Assembly: GCA_001805445.1 (NCBI GenBank)
Contig: MHGF01000003.1
Span: 54,736 to 118,735, forward strand
Length of the DNA: 64,000 bases
Direction: 5' to 3'
Origin: Omnitrophica WOR_2 bacterium GWF2_43_52
GTDB taxonomy: Bacteria > Omnitrophota > Gorgyraeia > Gygaellales > UBA12090
Position numbers and translations under genes: made by a program. Below are positions 46,463 to 56,695 of this stretch, one piece after another (position 1 is the stretch's first letter; each line of letters begins with the position of its first letter). The notes beneath the pieces were generated by a model. It had not been told where the DNA came from. It ran no database searches and was given only the letters and a program-made list of their open reading frames with translations.

Positions 46463-47591
46463 AGCCTGCCCTATTTTACTTTCCCGCGTTCATATTGATA
46501 AAGAAATCCAAAAAGCTACCCTTAGGGCATTGAATAGCGGACACTATATCCTCGGTAAGGAAAGCCAAGCATTTGAAGAAGAATTTGCCGATTATATTGG
46601 CACAAAATACGCTATACTTACTGGATCCGGAACAGCAGCCCTATGGCTTACGCTCATTTCTTTAGAAGTAAAAGCCCATGATGAAATTATTGTCCCATCA
46701 CTAACCGCTTTCCCCACAATTGAGCCTATACTAACGATTGGAGCCAATCCAGTCTTTGTCGACATTACTGACACCTATACTATAGATCCTTCAAAAATAG
46801 AGGAAAAGATATCGCCTAAAACCAAAGGGATCATTCCTGTTCATTTATACGGCCATCCGGCTAACATGAATGAGATAAAAAACATTGCTCGCCGGCATAA
46901 CTTATTTATTCTCGAGGATTGTTGTCAGGCTCACGGAGCGCGCTTCGAGAATAAACGGGTCGGTTCAATAGGAATTGCAGGATGTTTTTCCTTTTATCCT
47001 TCCAAGAATCTCACCGTGTGCGGTGATGGAGGGATAGTTACTACTAATAATAAATCTTTGAGCAAAACCTTAAGAATGCTGCGCGACCATGGCCGCTCAT
47101 CTAAGTATACCCATAGCATTCTTGGTTTTAATGAACGGTTTAACGAAATACAAGCCGCTATTGGGCGTGTGAACTTAAAGAAATTGGATTCATACAACGA
47201 ACACCGCAGACAAGTAGCGCTATGGTATCGAAAATTTCTTTCAGGATTACCACTCGAACTTCCGCAAGAAAAATCATGGGCATATCATGTCTATCATATG
47301 TTTGTTATCAGATTTAAAGAACGTGATAAGCTAAAACTATTTATAGAGTCAAAAAACATCGGTACAGGGATACATTATCCTATTCCTTGTCATTTACAGC
47401 CGGCAATCTCCGCTAAAAGCAGGCCTATTAATCTAGCCCTTACTGAGGAATATTGCAAAGAAATATTGTCATTGCCTATATATCCTATGCTTACGAAAAA
47501 ACAGACAACGCATATCTGCAACGCAATTAACTTTTTTCTACATCGACAGTCAGAAGAAAAGAAAGCAGCAAAAGATCATGATCTGCCCTAA
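46455..47591 (+). CDS. DegT/DnrJ/EryC1/StrS-family PLP-dependent sugar aminotransferase (second copy)
   Basis: The catalytic Lys region is 'EDCCQAHGARFENKRVGSIGIAGCFSFYPSKNLTVCGDGG'. 'GFNERFNEIQAAIG' is present. The size is 378 aa. Confidence 0.85.
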   Translation: MGKACPILLSRVHIDKEIQKATLRALNSGHYILGKESQAFEEEFADYIGTKYAILTGSGTAALWLTLISLEVKAHDEIIVPSLTAFPTIEPILTIGANPVFVDITDTYTIDPSKIEEKISPKTKGIIPVHLYGHPANMNEIKNIARRHNLFILEDCCQAHGARFENKRVGSIGIAGCFSFYPSKNLTVCGDGGIVTTNNKSLSKTLRMLRDHGRSSKYTHSILGFNERFNEIQAAIGRVNLKKLDSYNEHRRQVALWYRKFLSGLPLELPQEKSWAYHVYHMFVIRFKERDKLKLFIESKNIGTGIHYPIPCHLQPAISAKSRPINLALTEEYCKEILSLPIYPMLTKKQTTHICNAINFFLHRQSEEKKAAKDHDLP

Positions 47592-47900
47592 ACACCAAAT
47601 GAATATACTTTGGTAGCAAAACATAAAAAAGGCACGAGGAATTGAAGAAATGCATTTTCATGCCCACAATGGATAACTTTTCGATTACTAAAAGCAATCC
47701 GCGAGCTATCTTCTTCTCTATATATACGCCTATTCATTCAGCTCCAATGAAAATTATTCGGGGAAACCTTTCTGAACAGATAAAATAAAACGCTATACAA
47801 CACCCTCTTGAAAGCCTGTACTTATATTAAGAAGATATGTAATGATGTCGCTTCCGTATACAATAAAATGAAAGGCAAAGAATTCAGATCAAGGTGAGCT

Positions 47901-48881
47901 ATGACGATACAATCTAAAGAAGAATTGTTTGCCTGCCCTGAATGCAAGTCCCGTTTGCATTTTGGCGATAACAAGATCAACTGCTTAAAATGTAACATAT
48001 TTTTTACTTACAAAGATGGCATCTACCATTTTTTGCCGTTTACCTTAGATGATTATGACCAGGAACAACGCGCAGTATTTGATAAAATTTCTTCCGGGTA
48101 TGATATGTATTTGAATGCACAACCCTTTTATACCCTTATCCGCGATAATTACGTTTATCCGTTTTGGTTTAAGGACGATTTTCACAATAAGACAGCACTT
48201 GATATCGGCTGTGGTACTGGTTGGGCCAGCGCAAAAGCCCTCTCTATGGTTAAGCTTCTGGTGAATCTTGATATTTCTCTGGGAAATCTGACGTATGCGC
48301 AACAGAGGCTTAAGGCCCATCATTCTCTCTTTGTCCAATCGGATATGAAGCAGCTTCCTTTTTCTGATAATTCATTCGACATCGTTACCTGTTTTTGGGC
48401 GTTGCATCATATTAAAGACATTCGCATTGTGGTTGAAGAAATAAAAAGGATTTTACGCAAGGATGGGGTCTTTCTTGGAATTGAGCCTAACCCGAAATAC
48501 TCCTGGGTTGAATACTGGTCTGACACTATGCGCTTCCCTAACAGATTGAGAGACAAGGTATTACAACTCCATAGAAGAACACAGATCCACAGCCAAAAAC
48601 ATCTTATAAAAGAAGAATCTTACATGCAAGGTATTCACATGAAATATGACCACCACGCCGGCATGATGAACGTTAAGGAATATAAAAGTATCTTTGAGAA
48701 AAAAGGATTTAAATTCGTTTTTCAACCAGTAGGGCTCGAAATGCTTCCACCAAGGATGATCATGAGCAAAAATAAAAAGTTAGTAAAAATCCTCCTGGAT
48801 ATTTCTGATAAGCGCCTGAGGCTTGCGTATTACCGCGAGAAAGCCTATTTTAATATAATCCGGGCTCAAAAAGAACGCTAA
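47901..48881 (+). CDS. Class I SAM methyltransferase with N-terminal Trm112-like zinc ribbon
   Basis: The zinc ribbon is 'CPECKSRL...CLKCN'. Motif I is 'ALDIGCGTGW'. 'FDIVTCFWALHHI' is motif II/III-like. Confidence 0.7.
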   Translation: MTIQSKEELFACPECKSRLHFGDNKINCLKCNIFFTYKDGIYHFLPFTLDDYDQEQRAVFDKISSGYDMYLNAQPFYTLIRDNYVYPFWFKDDFHNKTALDIGCGTGWASAKALSMVKLLVNLDISLGNLTYAQQRLKAHHSLFVQSDMKQLPFSDNSFDIVTCFWALHHIKDIRIVVEEIKRILRKDGVFLGIEPNPKYSWVEYWSDTMRFPNRLRDKVLQLHRRTQIHSQKHLIKEESYMQGIHMKYDHHAGMMNVKEYKSIFEKKGFKFVFQPVGLEMLPPRMIMSKNKKLVKILLDISDKRLRLAYYREKAYFNIIRAQKER

Positions 48882-48888
48882 CATTATA

Positions 48889-49653
48889 ATGCAAAAGAAA
48901 GCAAAACATATTGACCATAAAACAGCCCGTATTTATGGAGATATCTTTCAAGACTTAAGCGACACATCATTTACCCTTAAAGCAAATTCTTATCTTGCGC
49001 GTACGACTTTAAGAAACTCCTGGTTTCAAGGGAAGTGTTGCCTTGATGCCGGTTGCGGAGCAGGCATAGCGGCAGTTGCGCTTGCACGGATAAAAGAAAC
49101 CCGTGTTTACGCCGTTGATTTCTCCGAACACTGCCTTGCGATAGCGCATAAACGCCTAAAGAATTTTAAGCGCTGTTCGCTTTTGAAAGCTTCAGTTTTA
49201 GAGCTTCCATTTAAAGATAACTCCTTTAATTTTATCAATTGTAATGGGGTAGTGCATCATCTGGCTGATTCTCTAAATGTTTTAACAGAATTTTACCGTG
49301 TCCTTTCGCCTTACGGATGGCTTTTTTTAGGAGTATATGGGGCAGGAGGGCTGGCCAACGAATACCAGATCAATATTGGTAGAGTTCTATCTAAAGCAAT
49401 TCCCTATACGATTATGAAAAAAATACTCCCCCAAAAACAGCGCGCGCAAACACTCGATCATTGGTATGCGCCAATACGACATACTTATAGAGAAACCGAG
49501 GTAATAGAGGCGCTGAAAACTTTCAGATTTCAAAATATTAAGCGTCTTTCTTCCGATTTCTATCGAAAGCCAGGGGACTGCCTAGAAAAGTTAAAACTCG
49601 GGCCAGATGGAATGTATATGCATTTTTTGGCCCAAAAAGTTATTTCTTCATGA
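48889..49653 (+). CDS. Class I SAM-dependent methyltransferase
   Basis: Motif I is 'CLDAGCGAGIAA'. 'FNFINCNGVVHHL' is present. Confidence 0.7.
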   Translation: MQKKAKHIDHKTARIYGDIFQDLSDTSFTLKANSYLARTTLRNSWFQGKCCLDAGCGAGIAAVALARIKETRVYAVDFSEHCLAIAHKRLKNFKRCSLLKASVLELPFKDNSFNFINCNGVVHHLADSLNVLTEFYRVLSPYGWLFLGVYGAGGLANEYQINIGRVLSKAIPYTIMKKILPQKQRAQTLDHWYAPIRHTYRETEVIEALKTFRFQNIKRLSSDFYRKPGDCLEKLKLGPDGMYMHFLAQKVISS

Positions 49654-51071
49654 AAATTGTCCTCGTTGAAGTTGTCCCCAGTAAAGATACCCTAACGATG
49701 AATTTGGTGCCGCCATTGGGCTTGGGATATATAGCCTCTAGCCTAGAATCAAAAGGATTTAAAGTAGCGCTTATTGATGGAGTAAGCTATGATTTTTCAC
49801 TCGATAAAGCCTGTCAACTTATAATAAATGAAAAACCTGATATTGTAGGATTTTCTTCTACCACGCAAGCCCGCCAAAGGGCTGTAGAGCTAATTAAAAA
49901 GGTTAAACATGCTACGGGAGCCTTAACAGTTGGTGGAGGGGTTCATTTTCACGCAACTAGCTTCGCAGCGCTTTCAGCTATCCCAGAACTTGATATTGTA
50001 GTAAAAGGCGAAGGGGAGATCACCCTGCCTGATCTTGCCCGTACTTTTTTCAGCAAAGGCGATCTTAGCGCTGTTTCTGGCATCGTCTACAGAGAAAATG
50101 AGAAAATTATAGAAACAAAGGAACGGCCCTTTATTCTTGATTTAGACACACTTCCAATGCCTGCGTATCATCTGTATAATCTTTCTAAATACTCGTGCAC
50201 TCTGGAAGGAACTAAAATTCCCGCGATTGGAGTAATCAGTTCACGTGGATGCCCTAACAACTGCATTTTTTGTGCTAACCGTGTATTGCGTAAACAAACC
50301 TTCAGATTCCGCTCTCCCAAGAAATTTGTAGATGAGATTGCTTTTCTGAAAAATACCTATGGCTATCGAGCATTTGATTTCTGGGATGACACTCTGACCA
50401 TGTCCAAAAGGCACATTACCGAAATTTGCCAAGAATTGTTACAGCGGAAACTTGAAATCCAGTGGTTTGCGCGTGCCCGGGTTAACACTATCGATAAAGA
50501 CGTTCTTACGCTTATGAAAAGATCAGGATGTTTTGAAATCGCCTACGGGATAGAATCTGGCAGCGAAAAAATACTTAAGACAATAAATAAGGGAGCCAGC
50601 CTACAGCAGGCTCGGCAAGCGGTTCGCTTGACTGCAGAAGCAGGTTTACGCATAAGCAATTTCTTTATTGTCTCGCTTCCGGGTGAAACGCTCAATGATA
50701 TTGATGAAACCCTGAAATTGATGGAGGAGTTCAGCAGGATAGATAATACTCGTAATTACTATTGCTTTGCTATGATTTACCCCGGGACCGATCTTGAAAT
50801 CTCGGCAAAACATGAAAAACTTCTGCCGGATGATTTTAATTGGTATTCGCCATTTTACTGTCAGCGCAATAAAATAGTAGGCAATGATCCAAAAATCCCT
50901 TGTTATGAAAATCCCGCATTGCCCCTTGAACAAATTAAATCGTATATCATCAAATCGCACTCATTCACAAATAAAATGAAAAAAACCTCAAAAAGAATAC
51001 TGAAGATAAGAAATTTTATCGAACTAAGAAATTTCGCTGGATTAGTTTTTAAATATTTCTCCCAAAAATAA
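49650..51071 (+). CDS. B12-binding-domain radical SAM enzyme (class B), paralog 5
   Basis: The B12 domain is 'LVPPLGLGYIASSLESKGFKVALIDG...IVGFSSTT'. 'GEGEITL' is present. The radical SAM motif is 'CPNNCIFC'. The size is 473 aa. Confidence 0.8.
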   Translation: MKIVLVEVVPSKDTLTMNLVPPLGLGYIASSLESKGFKVALIDGVSYDFSLDKACQLIINEKPDIVGFSSTTQARQRAVELIKKVKHATGALTVGGGVHFHATSFAALSAIPELDIVVKGEGEITLPDLARTFFSKGDLSAVSGIVYRENEKIIETKERPFILDLDTLPMPAYHLYNLSKYSCTLEGTKIPAIGVISSRGCPNNCIFCANRVLRKQTFRFRSPKKFVDEIAFLKNTYGYRAFDFWDDTLTMSKRHITEICQELLQRKLEIQWFARARVNTIDKDVLTLMKRSGCFEIAYGIESGSEKILKTINKGASLQQARQAVRLTAEAGLRISNFFIVSLPGETLNDIDETLKLMEEFSRIDNTRNYYCFAMIYPGTDLEISAKHEKLLPDDFNWYSPFYCQRNKIVGNDPKIPCYENPALPLEQIKSYIIKSHSFTNKMKKTSKRILKIRNFIELRNFAGLVFKYFSQK

Positions 51072-51099
51072 TTAATGCTGGTTAGGCTGGATAATCTTT

Positions 51100-52605
51100 A
51101 TGCCACATAGCTATCATAAAAGAGCTTTCTCTGGTATGGCTTACAACTACCTAGGCAAACTGGTTTCCGCTGTGTTGTCCTTTTTTACCTTCACTTATAT
51201 AGTCAAAGCTGTTTCGGTAGAAGAGTATGGTTTTTACAGCAGTATCATCAATATTATTTTTTTCATTACTTTAATCTTAGACTTCGGCATCCCTGAAATT
51301 GTTTTAAGGTATTTTCCTGAGTATATGGAGAAAAAAGACCCCTATATTATGAAAGAGATATTATCTAGGTGCCTCAAACTCATATTCAGGGGAAGCGCGA
51401 TTTTGGTCATTGCCGCGCTTATCTTGCTTTTTTCTTTTCATAATAACGCTGCGGTCAATTCCTTCCTGCGTTTTACTCCTTTTTTGGTTATTCTCGGTTC
51501 TCTAAAAGTGCTTTCTTTGGTTTTCTCTAATATCCTCAACGCCTTTCTCTACCAAGGCTACAGGAATATGTTCGAGGTTTTAACTGCCTTGCTCAAACTA
51601 ATCTTGACCTCTATTTCAATAAACATGGGGTTGGGTGTCTGTGGAATAGTAATTAGCTGCGGGATAGCGGATTTTTTCTTAATAGTTTCGAGCTTTCTAA
51701 GATTATATAAGCCATTATACGGACAAGCACGGGCGAATTCCCCTGCTCAAAAGGTTTCGCTTCAGCGCTTTGAGAAATTCGGTAGAAACGAATATTTCTA
51801 TAAGTTATTCTGGTTTTTTACGGATAATCGTATCGATATCTATATAGTTACCTTTTTTTTAGGCATTACTTCAGCGGGATGCTTTGCCTTTGCGATAAAC
51901 ACAACGAATATGCTTATGGAGTGGACTCCGGGCACTATCTTTCGCAACGTGATTTCACCACTATTCGTTAGGCAGTACGCAAAAAACAAAGGTCTTGAGG
52001 AACTGCAATACCTTTTTCAGCTATACAACAAATTTCTGCTTTTTCTCACTTTTCCTATCTATTTGTTCATCGGCATTCTCAGTAAAGAAATCATAACATA
52101 TGTGTTCGACCAAAAATATCTTACTGCTATAAGGCCATTTCAACTTTTTTTATTTTTTACCTTTTTTATTAATTTCATCATTCCGATTCGAAGCATTTTA
52201 TCTGTTTTAGAAAGGCCTGACATAAGCAACCTTAGTAATGTTTTTGCTGTTTTAAAATTTATATTGATTCTATTTTTTATCAATTATTACAATATTAACG
52301 CAGTGGCCATCGCTTATGGCATAACACTCTTTGCGATCATCGCTTTTAATCTATCTATGATGCGTACATTTTTTACGCCCCGCTATCCCCGAGAAGCAAT
52401 CTTAAAGATTGCGGTTAACGGGTTAGTGATAGGAGTGGCTTTATCTTTGGTTAAAAGCCACATTACCAATACAAGTGGTCTTATAACTATGGGTTTGATG
52501 GGGTTTATGGCCTATGCGGGACTATCATATTATAATAAACCTTTTAGCGATTACGACAGAGAATTGTTAAATAGCGGTCTAAAGATGCGGCTTTGGAAAT
52601 TTTGA
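51100..52605 (+). CDS. Wzx-like polysaccharide flippase / polysaccharide biosynthesis membrane protein, copy 2
   Basis: It is 501 aa and hydrophobic throughout, with about 12-14 TM segments. Its N-terminal 'NYLGKLVSAVLSFFTFTYIVKAVSVEEYGFYS' resembles the Wzx/MOP N-terminus. Confidence 0.6.
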   Translation: MPHSYHKRAFSGMAYNYLGKLVSAVLSFFTFTYIVKAVSVEEYGFYSSIINIIFFITLILDFGIPEIVLRYFPEYMEKKDPYIMKEILSRCLKLIFRGSAILVIAALILLFSFHNNAAVNSFLRFTPFLVILGSLKVLSLVFSNILNAFLYQGYRNMFEVLTALLKLILTSISINMGLGVCGIVISCGIADFFLIVSSFLRLYKPLYGQARANSPAQKVSLQRFEKFGRNEYFYKLFWFFTDNRIDIYIVTFFLGITSAGCFAFAINTTNMLMEWTPGTIFRNVISPLFVRQYAKNKGLEELQYLFQLYNKFLLFLTFPIYLFIGILSKEIITYVFDQKYLTAIRPFQLFLFFTFFINFIIPIRSILSVLERPDISNLSNVFAVLKFILILFFINYYNINAVAIAYGITLFAIIAFNLSMMRTFFTPRYPREAILKIAVNGLVIGVALSLVKSHITNTSGLITMGLMGFMAYAGLSYYNKPFSDYDRELLNSGLKMRLWKF

Positions 52606-52685
52606 TCTTTTTTCACTCCTATCAGTACAGCAGAGTATATATCTTAATAAGAGTTTGCGCCTAAGGGCGGCAGGATGGAAAGACA

Positions 52686-53876
52686 ATGAATAAATTAGAA
52701 GGCCTCGATATAGTCTGTTTATCTACATCAGCCTGGGATTATCCTTTCGGAAGCAAGCAGAATATCATGAATAGGCTTTCAAAAGAAAATAGGATACTAT
52801 ATATCGAATCTCAACTCTCAATTTTACATGTTTTTAAATACCCTCTTTTATTCTTCAGCAGGGCAAAAGATTTTCTAAAAGGCTTGTGGCATCCGTATGC
52901 TGCGAACAAAAATATCATTGTATTTTCACCCCCGCCTATTTTTCTTCCTTTCGATACCTATTCTTTACACATCAATGCTTTTAATCAAAAAATACTGCTT
53001 CTGTTATTAAAGTGCGTTTTTAAAAGAATCGGCTTCCGCCCAGTCATCCTTTGGGCTTTTCATCCACGCAGCGCTCAATTATGCGGAAGATTAAATGAAA
53101 GGCTTTCGATTTATCATGGCATTGACGAGTACTCTGTAGAGAAAACCAGCAAATCAAGAAAAAATGTCTTAGAGATACTGGAAAGCGAGATACTCGCAAA
53201 AGTTGACATTGTCTTCCTTTGCAGCAAAGAGTTATGCAAATTAAAAAGTAAATTGCGTCCTGACGCGATATTTCTGCCTCCCGGAGGAGATTTTGCGCGT
53301 TTTGCTCATAACGCGCATAAATATGCCATACCAGCGGATATCAAAGAAATACGCCCTCCCAGGATTGGTTTCGCGGGCAGCCTTGACAGACGAATTGATG
53401 CAGGGCTTATCTCTGCCGTCGCTCAGAGAAATCCACATTGGTCAATAATCTTGATCGGAAATAACCGCTTGAGCACCGAAGAAAATAAGCTGCTTAGCAA
53501 ATCGAGCAATATTTATTTCTTAGGTTTTAAAAATAGGAATGATATCCCTGCCTACATTCATGCGTTAGATATTTGCATATTACCTTATTTTATTGATGAA
53601 TTCACCAAGTTTATATTCCCTTTAAAATTATTTGAGTGCCTTGCATCAGGTAAACCTATAGTTTCTACAGCGCTTGCGGATTTAGAGGCTTATAGCAATT
53701 ACATACACGTTTGCCGGACATATAATGCTTTTATTCAGGCAATACAAGCCTCTCTAACTAACGTACAGGATGGGCAGGCAGAACGGACAATGTTGGCGGA
53801 GGAAAACTCTTGGGATATCAGGGTCAAAGAAGCCGCGGGAATAATCATACAGAAGCTGAGTAAAAGTAATGTTTAA
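52686..53876 (+). CDS. Glycosyltransferase (GT-B, GT4-like); paralog of the N-domain of ORF 58168
   Basis: The N-terminal 'IVCLSTSAWDYPFGSKQNIMNRLSKENRILYIES' aligns with 'IICISSIDWEFIWQGHQEIMAVFAKNGNRILFIEN' of ORF 58168. The C-terminal 'LFECLASGKPIVSTALADL' is a GT-B donor-binding region. Confidence 0.55.
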   Translation: MNKLEGLDIVCLSTSAWDYPFGSKQNIMNRLSKENRILYIESQLSILHVFKYPLLFFSRAKDFLKGLWHPYAANKNIIVFSPPPIFLPFDTYSLHINAFNQKILLLLLKCVFKRIGFRPVILWAFHPRSAQLCGRLNERLSIYHGIDEYSVEKTSKSRKNVLEILESEILAKVDIVFLCSKELCKLKSKLRPDAIFLPPGGDFARFAHNAHKYAIPADIKEIRPPRIGFAGSLDRRIDAGLISAVAQRNPHWSIILIGNNRLSTEENKLLSKSSNIYFLGFKNRNDIPAYIHALDICILPYFIDEFTKFIFPLKLFECLASGKPIVSTALADLEAYSNYIHVCRTYNAFIQAIQASLTNVQDGQAERTMLAEENSWDIRVKEAAGIIIQKLSKSNV

Positions 53877-54876
53877 GCGAAAAATAAGAAAAGCAGCCTT
53901 ACAATGCGGAAATTACATTTTCCCGCTTTTCCCATCAATCCTCATACATCGGCTTCCTCGTACTCTCGTCATTGAACCGACCAATGTCTGTATGTTACAC
54001 TGTAGGGCCTGCGCCACTGTAAATAATCCTGTTCGAGAAAAAGGGTACATGCCTCTAAGTCTTTTTAGAAAGATCTTGCGCCAGATTGATTGGGATTTAA
54101 AGACCATAAATTTTTCCTATGCCGGAGAACCACTTTTGAATAGAGACATTTTTAAAATGATAAAACTTGCGAATGAAAAACGGTTGCGTTCTAATATTGA
54201 GACAAATGGCATGCTTCTGGAAGAACGGGCTGACGAGATCCTAGATTCCGGGCTCTGCAAACTCAACATAGCTTTTGACGGCATCTCGCAGGATAGCGTT
54301 TCAAAATATAGAAAAGGCATCGATTTTACCAGAGTGATTTCAGGAATAAACCATCTCGTCCAAAAAAAGAAAAAACTCGCTTTGAGGTTTCCGGAAATAC
54401 ACCTGCAGTTCATAGTCATGAAACATAATGAACTTGAGATTCCCGAAGCTATGCGCATCGCACAAAGAATCGGAGTTGAATCAATAGATTTTAAGTCTTT
54501 TATATTAACCGGTGGCATATGGCTTAACCGTCAGGGGATCAACGCTTTCGCAGAGGAATATTTACCAAAAAATGAGAAATTTAGCAGATACTCCTTACAA
54601 GGCAGATCATGGGTTTTGAAAAAACATCTGCAAGGAGTATGCCCGTATGCTTTTTCAGCGATGGTAATTATGTGGGATGGTAACGTGACAGCATGCACCA
54701 TGGATGTTAACGGAGACTACATTGTCGGCAACCTCAACCGTGAGCGCCTGAGGGATATTTGGCTGAGCAATAATTATACGGAATTACGAAAAAACATTTT
54801 AACAAAGAAGGCCCCGCAATGCAAAGAGTGCGCGTATCTCGTTGACCATTTTATCGACATGAGGACAGGAAAATAA
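53869..54876 (+). CDS. Radical SAM enzyme with SPASM/twitch-like domain, paralog C
   Basis: The Cx3Cx2C motif is 'CMLHCRAC'. The C-terminal cluster is 'WDGNVTACTMDVNG...CKECA'. It has the same W-D-G signature as ORFs 17322 and 18333. Confidence 0.8.
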   Translation: MFKRKIRKAALQCGNYIFPLFPSILIHRLPRTLVIEPTNVCMLHCRACATVNNPVREKGYMPLSLFRKILRQIDWDLKTINFSYAGEPLLNRDIFKMIKLANEKRLRSNIETNGMLLEERADEILDSGLCKLNIAFDGISQDSVSKYRKGIDFTRVISGINHLVQKKKKLALRFPEIHLQFIVMKHNELEIPEAMRIAQRIGVESIDFKSFILTGGIWLNRQGINAFAEEYLPKNEKFSRYSLQGRSWVLKKHLQGVCPYAFSAMVIMWDGNVTACTMDVNGDYIVGNLNRERLRDIWLSNNYTELRKNILTKKAPQCKECAYLVDHFIDMRTGK

Positions 54877-54882
54877 AATCAT

Positions 54883-56694
54883 ATGTGCGGAATATTCGGA
54901 GTAATCAATAAAAACGCTGTGGCAATAGATAAAGATTTAGTGAGTAAGGCCTTATCTACGCTTTCCCACAGGGGGCCGGACGATGAAGGGGTTTATTTTA
55001 ATAGTATTAACTCAGTAGCTCTAGGCCATAGAAGGTTGTCGATTATTGATGTTTCACCTGCAGGCCGTCAGCCTCTCAGCAATGAAGACGAAAGCATATG
55101 GTTGGTTTTAAACGGGGAAATATATAATTATGAGTCGTTAACAATGGATCTAAAAAAGAGAGGGCATACTTTTAAGAGTAATTCGGATACGGAAGTAATT
55201 ATTCATCTTTATGAAGAGCGTGGCATTAGCTGTGTCAGCAGTTTAAGAGGCATGTTTTCTTTTGCTTTATGGGACAGTAAGAAAAATCAGTTATTTTTGG
55301 TAAAAGATAGGGTGGGGAAAAAACCTCTGTTTTATTTTGACAATAGCAAGGCTCTCGTTTTTTCATCTGAGTTAAAATCTATTTTACTTTACAATAAAAA
55401 CACCGCATCTTTGAATTACAATGGCCTGCTTCAATATCTTAACTACTTTTATATTGCCGCGCCTCAGACAGCTTTTAATGAAATAAAAAAACTTATTCCT
55501 GGCCATATCTTATCCATAAAAAACGGAGAGTTAAAAATAGAAAGGTATTGGACCCCTGACTATAACAATAAAATAAACATTGATTTTACTGAAGCAAAGA
55601 AACGAGTCAGAGAATTAGTGATAGAGGCAGTAAAGCTCCGGATGATAAGTGATGTTCCTGTGGGAGCTTTTATTAGCGGGGGTTTAGATTCATCGATTGT
55701 CACAGGGATAATGAGTTCAATAAGCAGCAAGCCCATAAAAACTTTTTCTGTGGGATTCAAAAATAAAGAATTAAATGAACTACCTTATTCAAGAATTATC
55801 GCCAATCATTACCGATGCGATCATCACGAACTCGTTTTAAACGCTGATTGTATCGAGGCCTTACCACGATTGATTGAGAACTTTGGGGAACCTCATGCGG
55901 ATTCCTCGGCTTTAGCAACCTACTGTTTGTCGAGCCTTGCCAAAAAATATATTTCGGTCACTTTAATTGGTGAGGGAAGTGATGAACTTTTCGCCGGTTA
56001 CAAGAGATACGCATTCTATAGGGTTCTGCGCCGGATACAATTCCTGCCTGATTGGTTCAAGACTATATTTCATTTAAACCTTAAGCCGCGTTATAAAAAG
56101 TGGATTGGAGTTTTCCCTGAGCCTGTAAAAAGCAATCTATTCCAGGCTACTTTCTTAGAAAGATGTCTCGGAGAAGATGTTGATGCAGAACTATTTAAGA
56201 TTATGGATTATGCCGACAGGTTTAAAGGCGTTGATTCCGCCCTTTATACCGATCTAAATTATTTTCTCCCCTACGATTTGCTCATCAAAGTAGACGTTGC
56301 CACGATGTCCCACGGTGTAGAAGCAAGGGCGCCTTATCTTGATCAACAGATAATAGAATTTACCGGCTCCTTACCTGAAAACTGGAAATTACACGGACGT
56401 ACATTTAAGTATATATTAAAAGAAGCCTTTAAAGATTTACTCCCGCAAAAAATAATGGAAAGAGAAAAAACTGGTTTTATAGTTCCGGTAAACCACTGGT
56501 TTAGAAACGAATTGAAGGATTACTTGAGAGATATTTTATTATCAGACAAAGCCAAGAGCAGAGGCTATTTTAACCCTAAAAAGGTTGAAGAATTGATTGG
56601 CGAACACATAAAAAGTAAGCATAATTACGGACATCAGCTGTGGACATTATTGATTTTCGAATTATGGCACAGGATCTTTGTAGACCGAGGCTGA
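54883..56694 (+). CDS. Asparagine synthetase family amidotransferase, paralog 3
   Basis: The start is 'MCGIFGV'. 'LGHRRLSIIDVS' and 'LVLNGEIYNY' follow. The PP-loop is 'GAFISGGLDSS'. Confidence 0.85.
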   Translation: MCGIFGVINKNAVAIDKDLVSKALSTLSHRGPDDEGVYFNSINSVALGHRRLSIIDVSPAGRQPLSNEDESIWLVLNGEIYNYESLTMDLKKRGHTFKSNSDTEVIIHLYEERGISCVSSLRGMFSFALWDSKKNQLFLVKDRVGKKPLFYFDNSKALVFSSELKSILLYNKNTASLNYNGLLQYLNYFYIAAPQTAFNEIKKLIPGHILSIKNGELKIERYWTPDYNNKINIDFTEAKKRVRELVIEAVKLRMISDVPVGAFISGGLDSSIVTGIMSSISSKPIKTFSVGFKNKELNELPYSRIIANHYRCDHHELVLNADCIEALPRLIENFGEPHADSSALATYCLSSLAKKYISVTLIGEGSDELFAGYKRYAFYRVLRRIQFLPDWFKTIFHLNLKPRYKKWIGVFPEPVKSNLFQATFLERCLGEDVDAELFKIMDYADRFKGVDSALYTDLNYFLPYDLLIKVDVATMSHGVEARAPYLDQQIIEFTGSLPENWKLHGRTFKYILKEAFKDLLPQKIMEREKTGFIVPVNHWFRNELKDYLRDILLSDKAKSRGYFNPKKVEELIGEHIKSKHNYGHQLWTLLIFELWHRIFVDRG

Positions 56695-56695
56695 T

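Noticed and set aside
47592-47900. Promoter call in the 309-bp gap upstream of the methyltransferase gene at 47901
   Set aside because: Several weak TATA-like hexamers are present (tatatt, tacaat), but none has a convincing -35 at 16-18 nt spacing. It is probably a promoter region, but I cannot pin coordinates from sequence alone.
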